Assembly: GCA_963827685.1 (NCBI GenBank)
Contig: CAWHBU010000005.1
Coordinates: 192,001-256,000 of the forward strand
DNA: 64,000 nucleotides
Direction: 5' to 3'
From: an uncultured delta proteobacterium
GTDB lineage: Bacteria; Desulfobacterota; BSN033; UBA1163
The notes beneath the pieces were generated by a model. The model searched no databases. It was not told where the DNA came from and saw only the letters and a list, made by a program, of their open reading frames with translations. The stretch's first letter is position 1, and every line of letters starts with the position of its first letter. The position numbers and the translations under genes are program-made. Positions 7,779-17,785 of the stretch are shown piece after piece.

Positions 7779-10369
7779 ACAATATTGACCAGTTTTTTGG
7801 GCACGAGGATCACCCGTTTGATCTCCTTACCTTCAAGCAATTTCCGAATTCTCTCACTTTTTAATGCCCAGGCCTTTACTTCCTCCCCCCCATACGAGGC
7901 AGGAATAGTCATCCGATCCCTCAATTTTCCATTCACCTGAATGACCATCAAGACTTCATCTTCCAAAACGGCTTCCGGGTCGTAATCGGGCCATCGGGTT
8001 TTGACGATCGATTCCCGATTCCCCAGCGCTTCCCAGAGCTCTTCGGCAAAGTGAGGGACAAAGGGCGAGAGCAAAACGACCACTGTCTCAAGCGCCTCGC
8101 GCAATACCCTTCTGGAAATATCATCGGCGTTGTCTTTGACCTCCGAAACGTAGATCTCATTCACCAATTCCATGACGGCACTGATCGCGGTGTTAAAATG
8201 GAATCGTTCAATGTCTTCCGTGACCCTTTTGATCGTTTTGTGGGTCTTCTGCCGTAGAGATTTTTGACCTCCCTCAAGGACTGTTCCGAAAGGAAGTGGT
8301 TTTACATTTTCAAGATGACGATGCTGCTCATAAAAGAGTCTCCAGACCCGATTGAGGAAACGGGCAGACCCGTCCACTCCCTGGTCGCTCCAATCCAAAT
8401 CCTTCTCAGGCGGAGAAGCGAAGAGGCAAAACATCCTGGCCGTATCCGCACCGTATTTCTCAATCAAGTATTCAGGGTCGACCACGTTCTTCTTGGATTT
8501 GGACATCTTTTCAAGCCTTCCGATAGAGATGAGGCTGCCGCACTTTCGGCAACGAATCGTCTCTCCCTGCCCCTCCATCTCATCGGGGAAGAGATAACCA
8601 TCCTTGGCACACTCGTATACTTCTTTACAAACCATCCCCTGAGTCAAAAGGTTTGTGAACGGCTCATCGACGCTTACCCATCCCATCTCTTTTAGAACAC
8701 GGGTGAAAAATCGGGAATAGAGAAGGTGCAGAATCGCATGTTCAATCCCTCCAATGTATTGATCCACGGGCATCCAGTAATCCACCCGTTTTTTGTCTAA
8801 AGGACCCTTATCATAGTCAGGGCATGCAAACCGATCGAAATACCAAGAGGACTCGACAAAGGTATCCATGGTGTCTGTCTCCCTTCGGCCTGGCCCCCCA
8901 CATTGAGGGCACCGGGTTTCCACAAACTCTTTTAACCCAGAAAGAGGCGACTTTCCCATCCCGGTGATCTCTATATTGGAGGGAAGGACGACAGGAAGAT
9001 CTTTTTCGGGGACGGGGACAGTTCCACATCGCCCGCAGTAAATGATGGGGATGGGCGCTCCCCAATAACGCTGTCTGGAAATGCCCCAATCCCTTAATCG
9101 ATAACTGATTCTGCTTCCACCGAGTCCCTTCTCATCGAGATATTGAGCGATTTTCTCTCTTGCTTTAATGCTATCCATTCCGTTAAATTGACCGGAGTTG
9201 ACCAGAAAGCCTTCTCCTTCATAAGCCTCCGTCATCGTGTTAGCATCCAGAACTCGATCCTCTGGTTGGACGACCACAATCAAAGGGAGTCCGAGTTTCT
9301 TCGCAAATTCAAAGTCTCTCTGGTCGTGGGTGGGCACAGCCATCACTGCTCCCGTTCCATACTCCATCAAAACAAAATTGGCAACGAAAATGGGCATCCG
9401 GGCCTGGGTCACCGGATTCAGGCAATAACCTCCGGTGAAAACACCCTCCTTTTCTGTCGTCTCAGCGGTCCTCTTTATCTTGTCCTGCCGTCTCATTCTT
9501 TCGACGAATTCTTGTACCGCCTGCTCCTGTGAGGTCCCTTTGGAGAGGCTCAGGGCAAGGGGGTGTTCGGGTGCCAAACTCATGAATGTTGCGCCAAATA
9601 CTGTATCCTGCCGGGTGGTGAAGACTTTAATGACCTCTTTCGAATGCTCCAAAGGAAAATGAATTTCAGCGCCGATGGACTTTCCAATCCAGTTGCGTTG
9701 CATGGTGAGAACCCGTTCGGGCCATCCAGGAAGTTTATCGCACCATTCGAGAAGTTCTTCTGCGTATGCCGTGATTTTAAAGAACCATTGATCCAGCTCT
9801 TTCTGTGTGACACCTGGATCATCGGCATGGCCTCGCCAGCATGTCCCGTCGCTCATCACCTGTTCATTCGCCAAAACGGTGTTGCAGATCTCACACCAAT
9901 TAACAAAGGACCTCCTTTTATAGGCCAATCCCCTCTCATACATTCTTACGAAGAAGAGTTGCTCCCATTTGTAATAGGATACGTCACAGGTAGCAAACTC
10001 CCGATCCCAGTCATAGCTGAAGCCCATCCGCTTCAACTGACTTCTCATGGTACCAATGTTCTCGTAAGTCCATTTGGCAGGGTGAACTCCACGCTCCATC
10101 GCAGCGTTTTCCGCAGGCATGCCAAAGGCATCCCAGCCCATGGGGTGTAGGACATTAAAGCCTTTCATCTTTTTGTAGCGGGCAACAACATCCCCGATAG
10201 AGTAATTCCGTACGTGGCCCATGTGGATCTTGCCCGACGGATAGGGGAACATTTCAAGAAGATAATATTTCTCTTTATTCCGGTCCTCCGTCACCTTAAA
10301 GAGATTCTGAATTTCCCAGATCTTCTGCCACTTCTTTTCAATCTCTTCGTGGTGATAACGTTGCTTCAT
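7772..10369 (-). CDS. leuS: Leucine--tRNA ligase
   Basis: [13 protein letters not shown] (HIGH motif), KMSKS, editing-domain GTGAVMAVP. Confidence 0.98.
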   Translation of the reverse strand: MKQRYHHEEIEKKWQKIWEIQNLFKVTEDRNKEKYYLLEMFPYPSGKIHMGHVRNYSIGDVVARYKKMKGFNVLHPMGWDAFGMPAENAAMERGVHPAKWTYENIGTMRSQLKRMGFSYDWDREFATCDVSYYKWEQLFFVRMYERGLAYKRRSFVNWCEICNTVLANEQVMSDGTCWRGHADDPGVTQKELDQWFFKITAYAEELLEWCDKLPGWPERVLTMQRNWIGKSIGAEIHFPLEHSKEVIKVFTTRQDTVFGATFMSLAPEHPLALSLSKGTSQEQAVQEFVERMRRQDKIKRTAETTEKEGVFTGGYCLNPVTQARMPIFVANFVLMEYGTGAVMAVPTHDQRDFEFAKKLGLPLIVVVQPEDRVLDANTMTEAYEGEGFLVNSGQFNGMDSIKAREKIAQYLDEKGLGGSRISYRLRDWGISRQRYWGAPIPIIYCGRCGTVPVPEKDLPVVLPSNIEITGMGKSPLSGLKEFVETRCPQCGGPGRRETDTMDTFVESSWYFDRFACPDYDKGPLDKKRVDYWMPVDQYIGGIEHAILHLLYSRFFTRVLKEMGWVSVDEPFTNLLTQGMVCKEVYECAKDGYLFPDEMEGQGETIRCRKCGSLISIGRLEKMSKSKKNVVDPEYLIEKYGADTARMFCLFASPPEKDLDWSDQGVDGSARFLNRVWRLFYEQHRHLENVKPLPFGTVLEGGQKSLRQKTHKTIKRVTEDIERFHFNTAISAVMELVNEIYVSEVKDNADDISRRVLREALETVVVLLSPFVPHFAEELWEALGNRESIVKTRWPDYDPEAVLEDEVLMVIQVNGKLRDRMTIPASYGGEEVKAWALKSERIRKLLEGKEIKRVILVPKKLVNIVC

Positions 10370-10386
10370 GCCATTCCCCGATTTAT

Positions 10387-10483
10387 AGTCCAGAGTTCGG
10401 AGTTCTTAGTCCAGAGTAAACTCTCATTTCCTAACTAATTTTTTTTCTTGTAACTCTTAATTCCGAACTCTTAACTCTAAACT
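10387..10483. repeat. Inverted pair of 7-bp-period arrays (argG/leuS junction)
   Basis: AGTCCAG AGTTCGG AGTTCTT AGTCCAG AGT ... AACTCTT AATTCCG AACTCTT AACTCTA AACT. Confidence 0.75.
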
Positions 10484-10490
10484 AATTTTC

Positions 10491-11693
10491 TCATCCTCTC
10501 ATCATCCTCCGGATTCGGAGTCTCAAAGCATTGAGCCGGATGAACCCTTCCGCATCTTTCTGATTATAGACGATATCCTTCTCAAAGGTAGCGAAGGCTC
10601 CATGGTAGAGAGATTTTTCTGACTTCCGGCCGATCACGGTACAGTTCCCTTTGTAGAGTTTCAGGCGAACCGTTCCGGTCACATCCTTCTGTGTCTCATC
10701 GATCGCTTTCTTCAAAATCTCCATCTCCGGTGAAAACCAGTATCCATAATAGATCAATTCCGATATCTTGGGGATCAGGCTATCCCGAAAATGCATGACC
10801 TCTCTGTCCATGGTCATTGATTCGATGGCTCGATGGGCAATGTGAAGGATCGTTCCCCCCGGAGTTTCATAGACTCCTCTTGATTTCATCCCTACGTAAC
10901 GATTCTCCACCATATCGACCCGGCCGATTCCGTTTCGACCTCCCAACTCATTCAATTGGGACAACAGGACGGCAGGAGAAAGTCCCTTTCCGTCGATCCG
11001 TTTTGGAACGCCATCTTCAAAATCGATTTCAATCACTGTGGGGCGGTCAGGTGCCTTTTCTGGAGAGACGGAGAGAACAAACATATTCTTTGGCGGCTCA
11101 GCCCAAGGATCTTCAAGAATTCCTCCTTCGAAACTGATGTGCAGGAGATTTCGGTCAGAAGAATAAGGCTTCTCTTTTGTCACGGGGATGGGAATTCCGT
11201 TTTCCCGAGCATAGGCGATCAAATCCTCTCTCGACTTAAATTGCCATTCCCGCCAAGGAGAGATCACCCGAATGTAAGGATTAAGCGCATAGTAGGTCAA
11301 TTCAAATCGGACCTGATCGTTCCCCTTCCCTGTAGCCCCATGAGCCACGGCATCTGCCCCCTCTAATTGGGCTATCTCCACCTGCCTCTTGGCGATTAAG
11401 GGCCGAGCGATGGAAGTGCCGAGGAGATAAGTTCCCTCATAGATGGCATTGGCTTTTATTGCTGTCAAGACATAATCCCGAACGAACTCCTCCCTGAGGT
11501 CCTCAATATAGACCTTACTGGCACCTGTGGCTCTGGCCTTTTCTTCCAGGTGATTCAATTCTTCGGCCTGGCCGATATCTGCAGTGAAAGCGATCACCTC
11601 ACACCCAAATTCATTTTTCAACCATTTCAAAATGATAGAGGTGTCCAGGCCCCCGGAATAAGCCAGGACTACCTTCTTCACTACGCCTTTCAT
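10491..11693 (-). CDS. argG: Argininosuccinate synthase
   Basis: [34 protein letters not shown]. Confidence 0.98.
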   Translation of the reverse strand: MKGVVKKVVLAYSGGLDTSIILKWLKNEFGCEVIAFTADIGQAEELNHLEEKARATGASKVYIEDLREEFVRDYVLTAIKANAIYEGTYLLGTSIARPLIAKRQVEIAQLEGADAVAHGATGKGNDQVRFELTYYALNPYIRVISPWREWQFKSREDLIAYARENGIPIPVTKEKPYSSDRNLLHISFEGGILEDPWAEPPKNMFVLSVSPEKAPDRPTVIEIDFEDGVPKRIDGKGLSPAVLLSQLNELGGRNGIGRVDMVENRYVGMKSRGVYETPGGTILHIAHRAIESMTMDREVMHFRDSLIPKISELIYYGYWFSPEMEILKKAIDETQKDVTGTVRLKLYKGNCTVIGRKSEKSLYHGAFATFEKDIVYNQKDAEGFIRLNALRLRIRRMMRG

Positions 11694-11709
11694 GGAAACC
11701 CCCTTATCA

Positions 11710-11875
11710 ATTTCCGATTTCGGATTGCGGAATTCGGATTATAGTAACTTGGATTCAAAGCTTCGCAGTCCGGATTCAACATTCTGTATTATAAGAATAT
11801 TTCCACCAATTTCGGAATTCGCGACAAAAGCACTTGAATTTACATTCCGCAATCCGCATTCGGTACTCCGCAATT
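11710..11875. repeat. Inverted pair of 7-bp-period arrays (argD/argG junction)
   Basis: ATTTCCG ATTTCGG ATTGCGG AATTCGG ... ATTCCGC AATCCGC ATTCGGT ACTCCGC AATT. Confidence 0.75.
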
Positions 11876-13063
11876 GAAAAAGACTTCCTCTAAAGCCTTG
11901 ACCACTCGGTCGACTTCTTCCTTAGTGACAATCAGCGGAGGAAGGAACCGGAGCACATTTCCCATGGTGCAGTTGATGAGAATTCCTCTCTGCATCATCT
12001 CCGTGACAATAGAACCCCCCTCCATCTTCAACTCCATGCCAAGGATCAAACCTTTCCCTCGAACCTCCTCAACGAAAGGAAATTTTTTCTTGATCTTCTC
12101 GAGCTGCGACAGGAAGTAATCTCCTACGTTTCGGCAATTCTCCAATATCCCTTCGTCCAAAAAGGCTGTCAAGGCGGCTACACCCGCTGCGGTGGCCAAG
12201 GGATTCCCTCCAAAGGTGGAGGCATGGTCACCTGGGTTAAAACTCTCAGCGATTCCTTTCTTGATCAATAAAGCTCCAATGGGGACTCCTCCTGCCAATG
12301 ATTTGGCAAGCGTGAGGATATCGGGTTCAACCCCGTCATGCTCATAAGCAAAGAGTTTCCCCGTCCGGCCCATCCCCACTTGGACCTCATCAAAGATGAG
12401 GAGGAGCCCCTTCTCATCACAGATCTCACGGAGCGCTTTCAGATAACCCTCTGAAGGGCAGTTCACTCCTCCTTCTCCCTGGATGGGTTCCAACATGACA
12501 GCACAGGTTTTCGAATTGATGCCCTTCTTCACTGCCCCGATATTGTTGAAGGGGACATATTTGAACCCAGGCATCAGAGGTTCATACCCTTTGTGGAACT
12601 TCTCTTGACCCGTTGCGGTCAGGGTGGCCAGAGTCCTGCCGTGGAAGGATCGCTCCATGGTGATGATCTCATATCGATCCTTTCCCATCTTCTCCTTTGC
12701 ATATTTCCGGGCCAATTTCATTGCACCTTCATTGGCCTCAGCCCCGCTATTGCAGAAGAAGACTTTATCAGCAAAGGAGTGCTTACAAAGAAGAGAAGCG
12801 AGCTGGATCTGAGGTTCGATATAATACAGGTTTGAGACATGGATCAGTCTTTCTGACTGATCTTGAATGGCCTTGACAACTTTCGGGTGGCAGTGGCCTA
12901 AACTGCATACCCCCAGGCCCGATACAAAATCCAAATATTCTTTGCCCTCCATATCCCAAACCCGAGTTCCCTTCCCTCTGACCAGAAGCACGGGATAACG
13001 GGCATAGGTATTGGCCACGTATTTTTCCGATAACATCATCATGGTTTGAGAATCCATCTGCAT
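11840..13063 (-). CDS. argD: Acetylornithine aminotransferase
   Basis: NSGAEANE, SFHGRT, DEVQVGMGRTG, AKSLAGG, located in the arg cluster. Confidence 0.95.
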   Translation of the reverse strand: MQMDSQTMMMLSEKYVANTYARYPVLLVRGKGTRVWDMEGKEYLDFVSGLGVCSLGHCHPKVVKAIQDQSERLIHVSNLYYIEPQIQLASLLCKHSFADKVFFCNSGAEANEGAMKLARKYAKEKMGKDRYEIITMERSFHGRTLATLTATGQEKFHKGYEPLMPGFKYVPFNNIGAVKKGINSKTCAVMLEPIQGEGGVNCPSEGYLKALREICDEKGLLLIFDEVQVGMGRTGKLFAYEHDGVEPDILTLAKSLAGGVPIGALLIKKGIAESFNPGDHASTFGGNPLATAAGVAALTAFLDEGILENCRNVGDYFLSQLEKIKKKFPFVEEVRGKGLILGMELKMEGGSIVTEMMQRGILINCTMGNVLRFLPPLIVTKEEVDRVVKALEEVFFNCGVPNADCGM

Positions 13064-13075
13064 CTCGAAAAAATC

Positions 13076-13150
13076 AGTTTGGAGTGATTAGTCCGGTGTC
13101 CGGAGTATCTATTTTAAATCTCCGAACTCCCGAACTCCGAACTCAAAACT
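13076..13150. repeat. Inverted pair of 7-bp-period arrays (argB/argD junction)
   Basis: AGTTTGG AGTGATT AGTCCGG TGTCCGG AGT ... CTCCGAA CTCCCGAA CTCCGAA CTCAAAA CT. Confidence 0.75.
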
Positions 13151-13152
13151 TC

Positions 13153-14037
13153 TTATTCTCTCGTGATCTGTGTCCCAATCCCTATATCCGTAAAAATCTC
13201 CAACAGGATCGCATGCTCCACCCTTCCATCAATGATATGGGTTTTGGCCACCCCTTCTTCTAAGGCATTGAGGCAGCAATTTACCTTTGGAATCATTCCG
13301 GACGAGATGACTTTTTGGGTGATTAATCGCTTTGCTCGTCCAACATCGAGCGTGGCCATCAACCGATGTCTCCCATCCATCACTCCCTCCACATCGGTAA
13401 GTAATATCAATTTTTCCGCCTTTAGCGCAGAGGCTATCTTCCCAGCCGCCAGATCCGCATTGATATTGTAGGTCTCTCCTTCGTCCCCTACGCCCACCGG
13501 TGCAATGACCGGAATGAAATTCTCCTTCTCCAAGGCCTCGATCACCCCAGGGTTGATGGCCTTTACTTCCCCCACCATTCCGATGTCAATGATTTCGGGC
13601 ATTTCACCCTTACCGCGACGCTTCGTCAATTGCAATTTCTTGGCGGTGATGAGATGTCCGTCTTTTCCGCTCAGCCCGACGGCTTTCCCTCCCTGTTGGT
13701 TGATCAAGGCAACAATCTCTTTATTTACCTTCCCGACGAGGACCATTTCCACGACATCCATCGTCTCTCCGTCTGTTACCCTCATCCCCTCTACGAAATA
13801 AGATTTCTTCCCTACCTTGGTCAACATTTCACCGATCTGAGGCCCCCCCCCGTGGACGACAACAGGGTTAAGGCCGATATATTTCAAAAGAACGACATCG
13901 AGAGCGAAGCTCCGCTTCATTCTCTCTTCCTCCATGGTGCTCCCGCCATACTTAATCACGATGGTTTTGTCATAGAATCGCCGAATATATGGAAGGGCCT
14001 CCAGAAGTACCTTGGCTTTATCAATGGCGTTTCCCAT
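13153..14037 (-). CDS. argB: Acetylglutamate kinase
   Basis: VIKYGGS, VVHGGGP, GMRVTD, YNINAD, GMIPK. Start at ATG 14037 with GAGGG upstream. Confidence 0.96.
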   Translation of the reverse strand: MGNAIDKAKVLLEALPYIRRFYDKTIVIKYGGSTMEEERMKRSFALDVVLLKYIGLNPVVVHGGGPQIGEMLTKVGKKSYFVEGMRVTDGETMDVVEMVLVGKVNKEIVALINQQGGKAVGLSGKDGHLITAKKLQLTKRRGKGEMPEIIDIGMVGEVKAINPGVIEALEKENFIPVIAPVGVGDEGETYNINADLAAGKIASALKAEKLILLTDVEGVMDGRHRLMATLDVGRAKRLITQKVISSGMIPKVNCCLNALEEGVAKTHIIDGRVEHAILLEIFTDIGIGTQITRE

Positions 14038-14074
14038 AACGATGATCCCTCGCGTTAGTTCGGAAACCTTTTTC

Positions 14075-14118
14075 TTCGTGTCCGTGTTCGGACACGTGAC
14101 ACACGACACGGTCACGAA
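14075..14118. repeat. Inverted 6-bp-period array (hslU/argB junction)
   Basis: TTCGTG TCCGTG T ... ACACG GTCACG AA; the arms match at 12 of 13 positions. Confidence 0.6.
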
Positions 14119-15450
14119 TTACAAGATATACCGGCTCAGATCTTCATCCTCTACAAAATCTTTCAGCTTCTCTCGGACATATTTCGCATCGATCACCATG
14201 CTTTTCCCGGACATCTCAGGGGCATCAAACGAAATCTCATCCAGTAATTTTTCCATCATGGTATAGAGCCGCCTGGCTCCGATGTTCTCTGTCCTCTCAT
14301 TAATGAGAGCCGCCATCTCGGCAATCTCTGCAATGCCATCCTCTTTAAAATTGACCTTGACCGACTCTGTCTCCAACAAAGCGGTGTACTGTTTGATCAG
14401 GGCGTTTTCTGGCTCGGTGAGGATTCGCACGAGATCTGCCTTACCTAAAGAATCCAATTCGACCCGGATCGGAAACCGCCCCTGAAGCTCAGGGATGAGA
14501 TCCGAGGGTTTGGAAACATGGAATGCTCCGGCAGCAATAAACAAAACATGGTCTGTCTTGACCATCCCGTATTTCGTCGTCACCGTCGTCCCTTCCACAA
14601 TGGGCAGGATATCCCTCTGAACGCCTTCCCGAGAAACATCCGGACCCAAGGTGGATTCCCTTCCAGCGATCTTATCAATTTCGTCAAGGAAGATAATTCC
14701 CGATTGTTCGACCCGCTCAATGGCCTGTTTGATGACGGAGTCCATATCGATCAGTTTATACGCCTCCTCCTGGGAGAGGATGGTGACTGCTTCCGGAACC
14801 TTCACCTTTCTCTGCTTTTTCTTCTTCGGAAAGAGACTCCCAAACATATCTTTGATGTTGACATCCATCTCTTCCAATCCAGAGGCAGAAAAGATCTCGA
14901 CAATAGGAAGGTTTCGGTCCACAATCTCCACATCCACATACTTGTCATTTAACTTCCCGGCCTTCAGCAACTTTCGCAGTTTTTCGCGAGTAGCTCGCTG
15001 ATCTTCGCCTTCCTTCTGTGTCCCCTTCCCAGAGGAAGGGAGGAGCAAATCCAGGAGCCGCTCTTCAGCTATCTCCTCTGCTCTCTGTCGGACCTTTTGG
15101 GACTCCTCCGCTTTCATCATATTGACAGCCAGCTCCGTGAGATCCCTGATCATCGACTCCACATCCCTGCCTACATAACCCACTTCTGTAAATTTCGATG
15201 CCTCAATCTTCAGAAAAGGAGCCTGGGCCAATTTAGCCAACCTTCGAGCGATCTCTGTCTTACCGACCCCCGTGGGGCCAATCATAATGATGTTCTTGGG
15301 CGCAATTTCGTCCCGGAGAGGCTCCGGAACCTGTTGACGTCTCCAACGGTTTCTCAATGCAATGGCCACCGCTCTCTTCGCATCCGTCTGCCCGACAATG
15401 TATTTATCCAGTTCGGACACGATCTCCCGGGGGGTGAAGGTCTTCATCAC
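14119..15450 (-). CDS. hslU: ATP-dependent protease ATPase subunit
   Basis: [23 protein letters not shown]-terminal DLSRYIL. Confidence 0.98.
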   Translation of the reverse strand: MMKTFTPREIVSELDKYIVGQTDAKRAVAIALRNRWRRQQVPEPLRDEIAPKNIIMIGPTGVGKTEIARRLAKLAQAPFLKIEASKFTEVGYVGRDVESMIRDLTELAVNMMKAEESQKVRQRAEEIAEERLLDLLLPSSGKGTQKEGEDQRATREKLRKLLKAGKLNDKYVDVEIVDRNLPIVEIFSASGLEEMDVNIKDMFGSLFPKKKKQRKVKVPEAVTILSQEEAYKLIDMDSVIKQAIERVEQSGIIFLDEIDKIAGRESTLGPDVSREGVQRDILPIVEGTTVTTKYGMVKTDHVLFIAAGAFHVSKPSDLIPELQGRFPIRVELDSLGKADLVRILTEPENALIKQYTALLETESVKVNFKEDGIAEIAEMAALINERTENIGARRLYTMMEKLLDEISFDAPEMSGKSMVIDAKYVREKLKDFVEDEDLSRYIL

Positions 15451-15980
15451 AATTCCTCCACGATGATTTGATCATTCGTATAAATGCAGATGGAGGCAGC
15501 GATCTTCATCGCCTCTACAGCGATGGCCCTGGCATCCAAATTTGAAAACTCAACCAATGCCTTGGCAGCAGCATGGGCATAAGGACCGCCACTTCCAATG
15601 GCCGTCACCCCATCGTCGGGCTCAATGACATCCCCATTTCCGGAGATGACGAGCGTGTGTTCAGAGTCGGCGATGATGAGCAAGGCCTCCAACCTACGGA
15701 GGATCCGATCCGTTCTCCAATCTTTGGCCAATTCCACGGCTGCCCTGAGTAGATTCCCGCTGAACTGGTCCAGTTTTTCCTCAAACTTTGCGAAAAGGGT
15801 GAAAGCATCTGCCGTGGCCCCTGCAAAACCAGCGAGAACTTTATCATGGTAAATCCTTCGAACCTTCCTGGCAGTATGCTTCATGATGGTGTGTTCAAGA
15901 GACACCTGACCGTCCCCTGCCATGACCACCTTTCCTTTGTGCCGAACTGATAGAACCGTCGTACCCCGTATCTTGTGCAT
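15447..15980 (-). CDS. hslV: ATP-dependent protease subunit
   Basis: G-TTVL N-terminal threonine, [19 protein letters not shown]. The longer ORF-track start reads through the repeat array. Confidence 0.97.
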   Translation of the reverse strand: MHKIRGTTVLSVRHKGKVVMAGDGQVSLEHTIMKHTARKVRRIYHDKVLAGFAGATADAFTLFAKFEEKLDQFSGNLLRAAVELAKDWRTDRILRRLEALLIIADSEHTLVISGNGDVIEPDDGVTAIGSGGPYAHAAAKALVEFSNLDARAIAVEAMKIAASICIYTNDQIIVEEL

Positions 15981-16035
15981 TGCTTCAGTCCTCATTTTCA
16001 TCCCTTTCCCCACTCTCACCAGTCTTACGGATTTA

Positions 16036-16236
16036 AAATCCCAAATCCCAATTTCCAAATCCCAAATAAATTCCAACCTCCAATTCCCAATAATGAAAAT
16101 GATTTTGTTTCGAATTTGGAAATTTGATCATTGGAATCTATTTGTAATTTGGCCTGCCTGCGCGAAGCCCCGCCTGCCAAAGCCTTGTGCGGCGGGCAGG
16201 CGCTTCGGCGAAGGCAGGTGCTTGAGGCTTGGTGTT
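16036..16236. repeat. Inverted 7-bp-period arrays with a nested palindrome insertion (xerC/hslV junction)
   Basis: AAATCCC AAATCCC AATTTCC AAATCCC... opposite ...AATTTGG [66-bp GC-rich insert 16153-16218] TGCTTGA GGCTTGG TGTTT. Confidence 0.8.
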
Positions 16237-17213
16237 TACCCCTTATTCCCGTCATTTTTCCGATCCGCACTCCTGAAACTGCGAGGATGGGCCTTGTCAT
16301 AGACCTCCATCAATTTCCCCATACTGACGTGGGTATATCTCTGGGTGGTCGAGAGGCTCGAATGTCCTAACATCTCCTGAATCTCCCGGATATCAGCCCC
16401 GGCATCCAAAAGATGCGTTGCAAACGTGTGACGGAGGCTGTGAGGGCTGACTTTTCGGAAAATGCCCGAATGTCTTACATACTTCTTAACCAATCTTCCC
16501 ACACTCCGTGCAGTCAATCTCCCTCCTAAGGAGTTGACAAAAATAGGGCCATCTCCCTTTACCATTCCTCGTTCTTCCAAATAGGACTTCGTTGCCTCTA
16601 TGGCTTTCATACCGACCGGGACGATGCGCTCTTTCCTTCCCTTCCCCATCACTCTCACGATGCCCAAGTCCAGATCCAATTGATCCGAATTCAATCCCAC
16701 CAACTCGCTGACACGCAATCCGCTGGAATAAAGAAGTTCTAAAATGGCTCGATCCCTTAAACCCTTCTCCTTCGACCCTTCTGAAGGCCTTTCAGAAATA
16801 CTCTTGGGTGATTCCATCAACCGGAAGGCCTCATCCACAGTGAGCGTGGTGGGAAGGGTCTTCTCCACCTTCGGAGTCGAAACGCTTTTGGCCGGGTTAG
16901 AAGGAATCACTTGCTCTCTGACCAAATATTTAAAAAAAGAGCGCAGCGTGGAAATCTTTCTGGCGATGGAACTCTTCTTATTTTTCCGGTGGAGGAAGCT
17001 TAAATATTTTCGAATGGCTATGCGATCCACTTTTTCTATCTCCACTTCCCCCGTAGGACTAAGATACATTCCCAAACTCTTCAAAAAATCCTCAAATCCC
17101 TCTAAATCCCTTCGGTAACATCGACAGGTATGAGGTGAGGCGTTCTTTTCAACAGACAGATAATGTATAAATTGATGGATGAAACCACGCTTATCAACAA
17201 ACCGAGAAGCCAT
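16236..17213 (-). CDS. xerC: Tyrosine recombinase XerC
   Basis: Catalytic R-K-H-R-H-Y set (GLRVSE, GKGRKER, HSLRH, LGH, TQRYTH) and xerC-hslVU synteny. Confidence 0.9.
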   Translation of the reverse strand: MASRFVDKRGFIHQFIHYLSVEKNASPHTCRCYRRDLEGFEDFLKSLGMYLSPTGEVEIEKVDRIAIRKYLSFLHRKNKKSSIARKISTLRSFFKYLVREQVIPSNPAKSVSTPKVEKTLPTTLTVDEAFRLMESPKSISERPSEGSKEKGLRDRAILELLYSSGLRVSELVGLNSDQLDLDLGIVRVMGKGRKERIVPVGMKAIEATKSYLEERGMVKGDGPIFVNSLGGRLTARSVGRLVKKYVRHSGIFRKVSPHSLRHTFATHLLDAGADIREIQEMLGHSSLSTTQRYTHVSMGKLMEVYDKAHPRSFRSADRKNDGNKG

Positions 17214-17317
17214 TCATCCCCTCATTGGTCATCCCTTCAGACATCATGTAAGTTATGAAAATATTATTAAAAATTAATTCTATAACACAATCCCTAAATT
17301 TATCAATATTTTTCTCA

Positions 17318-17347
17318 TTGACATTCCTTAAGTTTTCCGTATACACT
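17318..17347 (+). promoter_or_regulatory. Putative sigma70 promoter for dodecin
   Basis: TTGACA-18 nt-TACACT, followed by an AAGGAGG ribosome-binding site. Confidence 0.5.
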
Positions 17348-17388
17348 TGAATTGTTAATGCCAATTTCAAGAAAAGGAGGTGATAAGA

Positions 17389-17601
17389 ATGGCAGAACCA
17401 AGAGTCGCGAGGGTGACCGAAATTATTGCGGGTTCTTCAAAGGGTTTCGAGGATGCCATCAAGGTTGGCTTTGCAAGAGCGGCAAAGACCTTAAGGGGTA
17501 TCACCGGAATGCGTGTTGCTGAAATGCGGGTGGCAGTGGAAAATTCTAAAATTATCGAATACAGGGTCAGGTTGGAAATCATTTTCGTCCTCGAAACCTA
17601 A
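17389..17601 (+). CDS. Dodecin family flavin-binding protein
   Basis: 70 aa with RVTEIIAGSSKGFEDAI...RAAKTLRGI...EYRVRLEIIF and a strong RBS. Confidence 0.9.
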   Translation: MAEPRVARVTEIIAGSSKGFEDAIKVGFARAAKTLRGITGMRVAEMRVAVENSKIIEYRVRLEIIFVLET

Positions 17602-17628
17602 TGACTTATCTATCTAACATTTACCAAC

Positions 17629-17673
17629 CCTGCTTGCCCCGCCCTCCGTCGGGACCGGGGCCGGCAGGCAAGC
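17629..17673. repeat. Nested GC-rich palindrome
   Basis: GCTTG[CCCCG...CGGGG]CCGGCAGGCAAGC. Confidence 0.55.
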
Positions 17674-17691
17674 GTAAAGAGGACTAAAAAT

Positions 17692-17734
17692 GAAAGGCCC
17701 TATCTTCAAAGCTGAGGTAGGGCCTTTCTGTTTT
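17692..17734 (+). terminator. Rho-independent terminator between convergent genes
   Basis: GAAAGGCCCTATCTTCA-aagc-TGAGGTAGGGCCTTTC followed by TGTTTT. Confidence 0.75.
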
Positions 17735-17785
17735 CAGATCCCCATTTCTCATTGAATGGTAATAAAAACCCAGAAAATTCAGGGC

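Noticed and set aside
9563-10150. Long antisense ORFs (for example 9563..10150 and 24811..25389)
   Set aside because: They are shadows of well-supported minus-strand genes and have no recognisable motifs.
14038-14115. Cys-containing N-terminal extension of ArgB
   Set aside because: It comes from the hexamer repeat; a better start with an RBS is at 14037.
10387-16236. CRISPR array
   Set aside because: The repeats are degenerate 6-7-mers with no constant 23-47-bp repeat, no regular spacers and no cas genes.
16025-16370. Short ORFs over the xerC/hslV spacer, and ORF 11692..11877
   Set aside because: They are translations of repeat and palindrome DNA ([24 protein letters not shown]) and overlap real genes.
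16236-17213. Phage or island integrase
   Set aside because: The xerC-hslVU context and XerC-type motifs indicate the housekeeping recombinase; no att sites or phage genes were seen.
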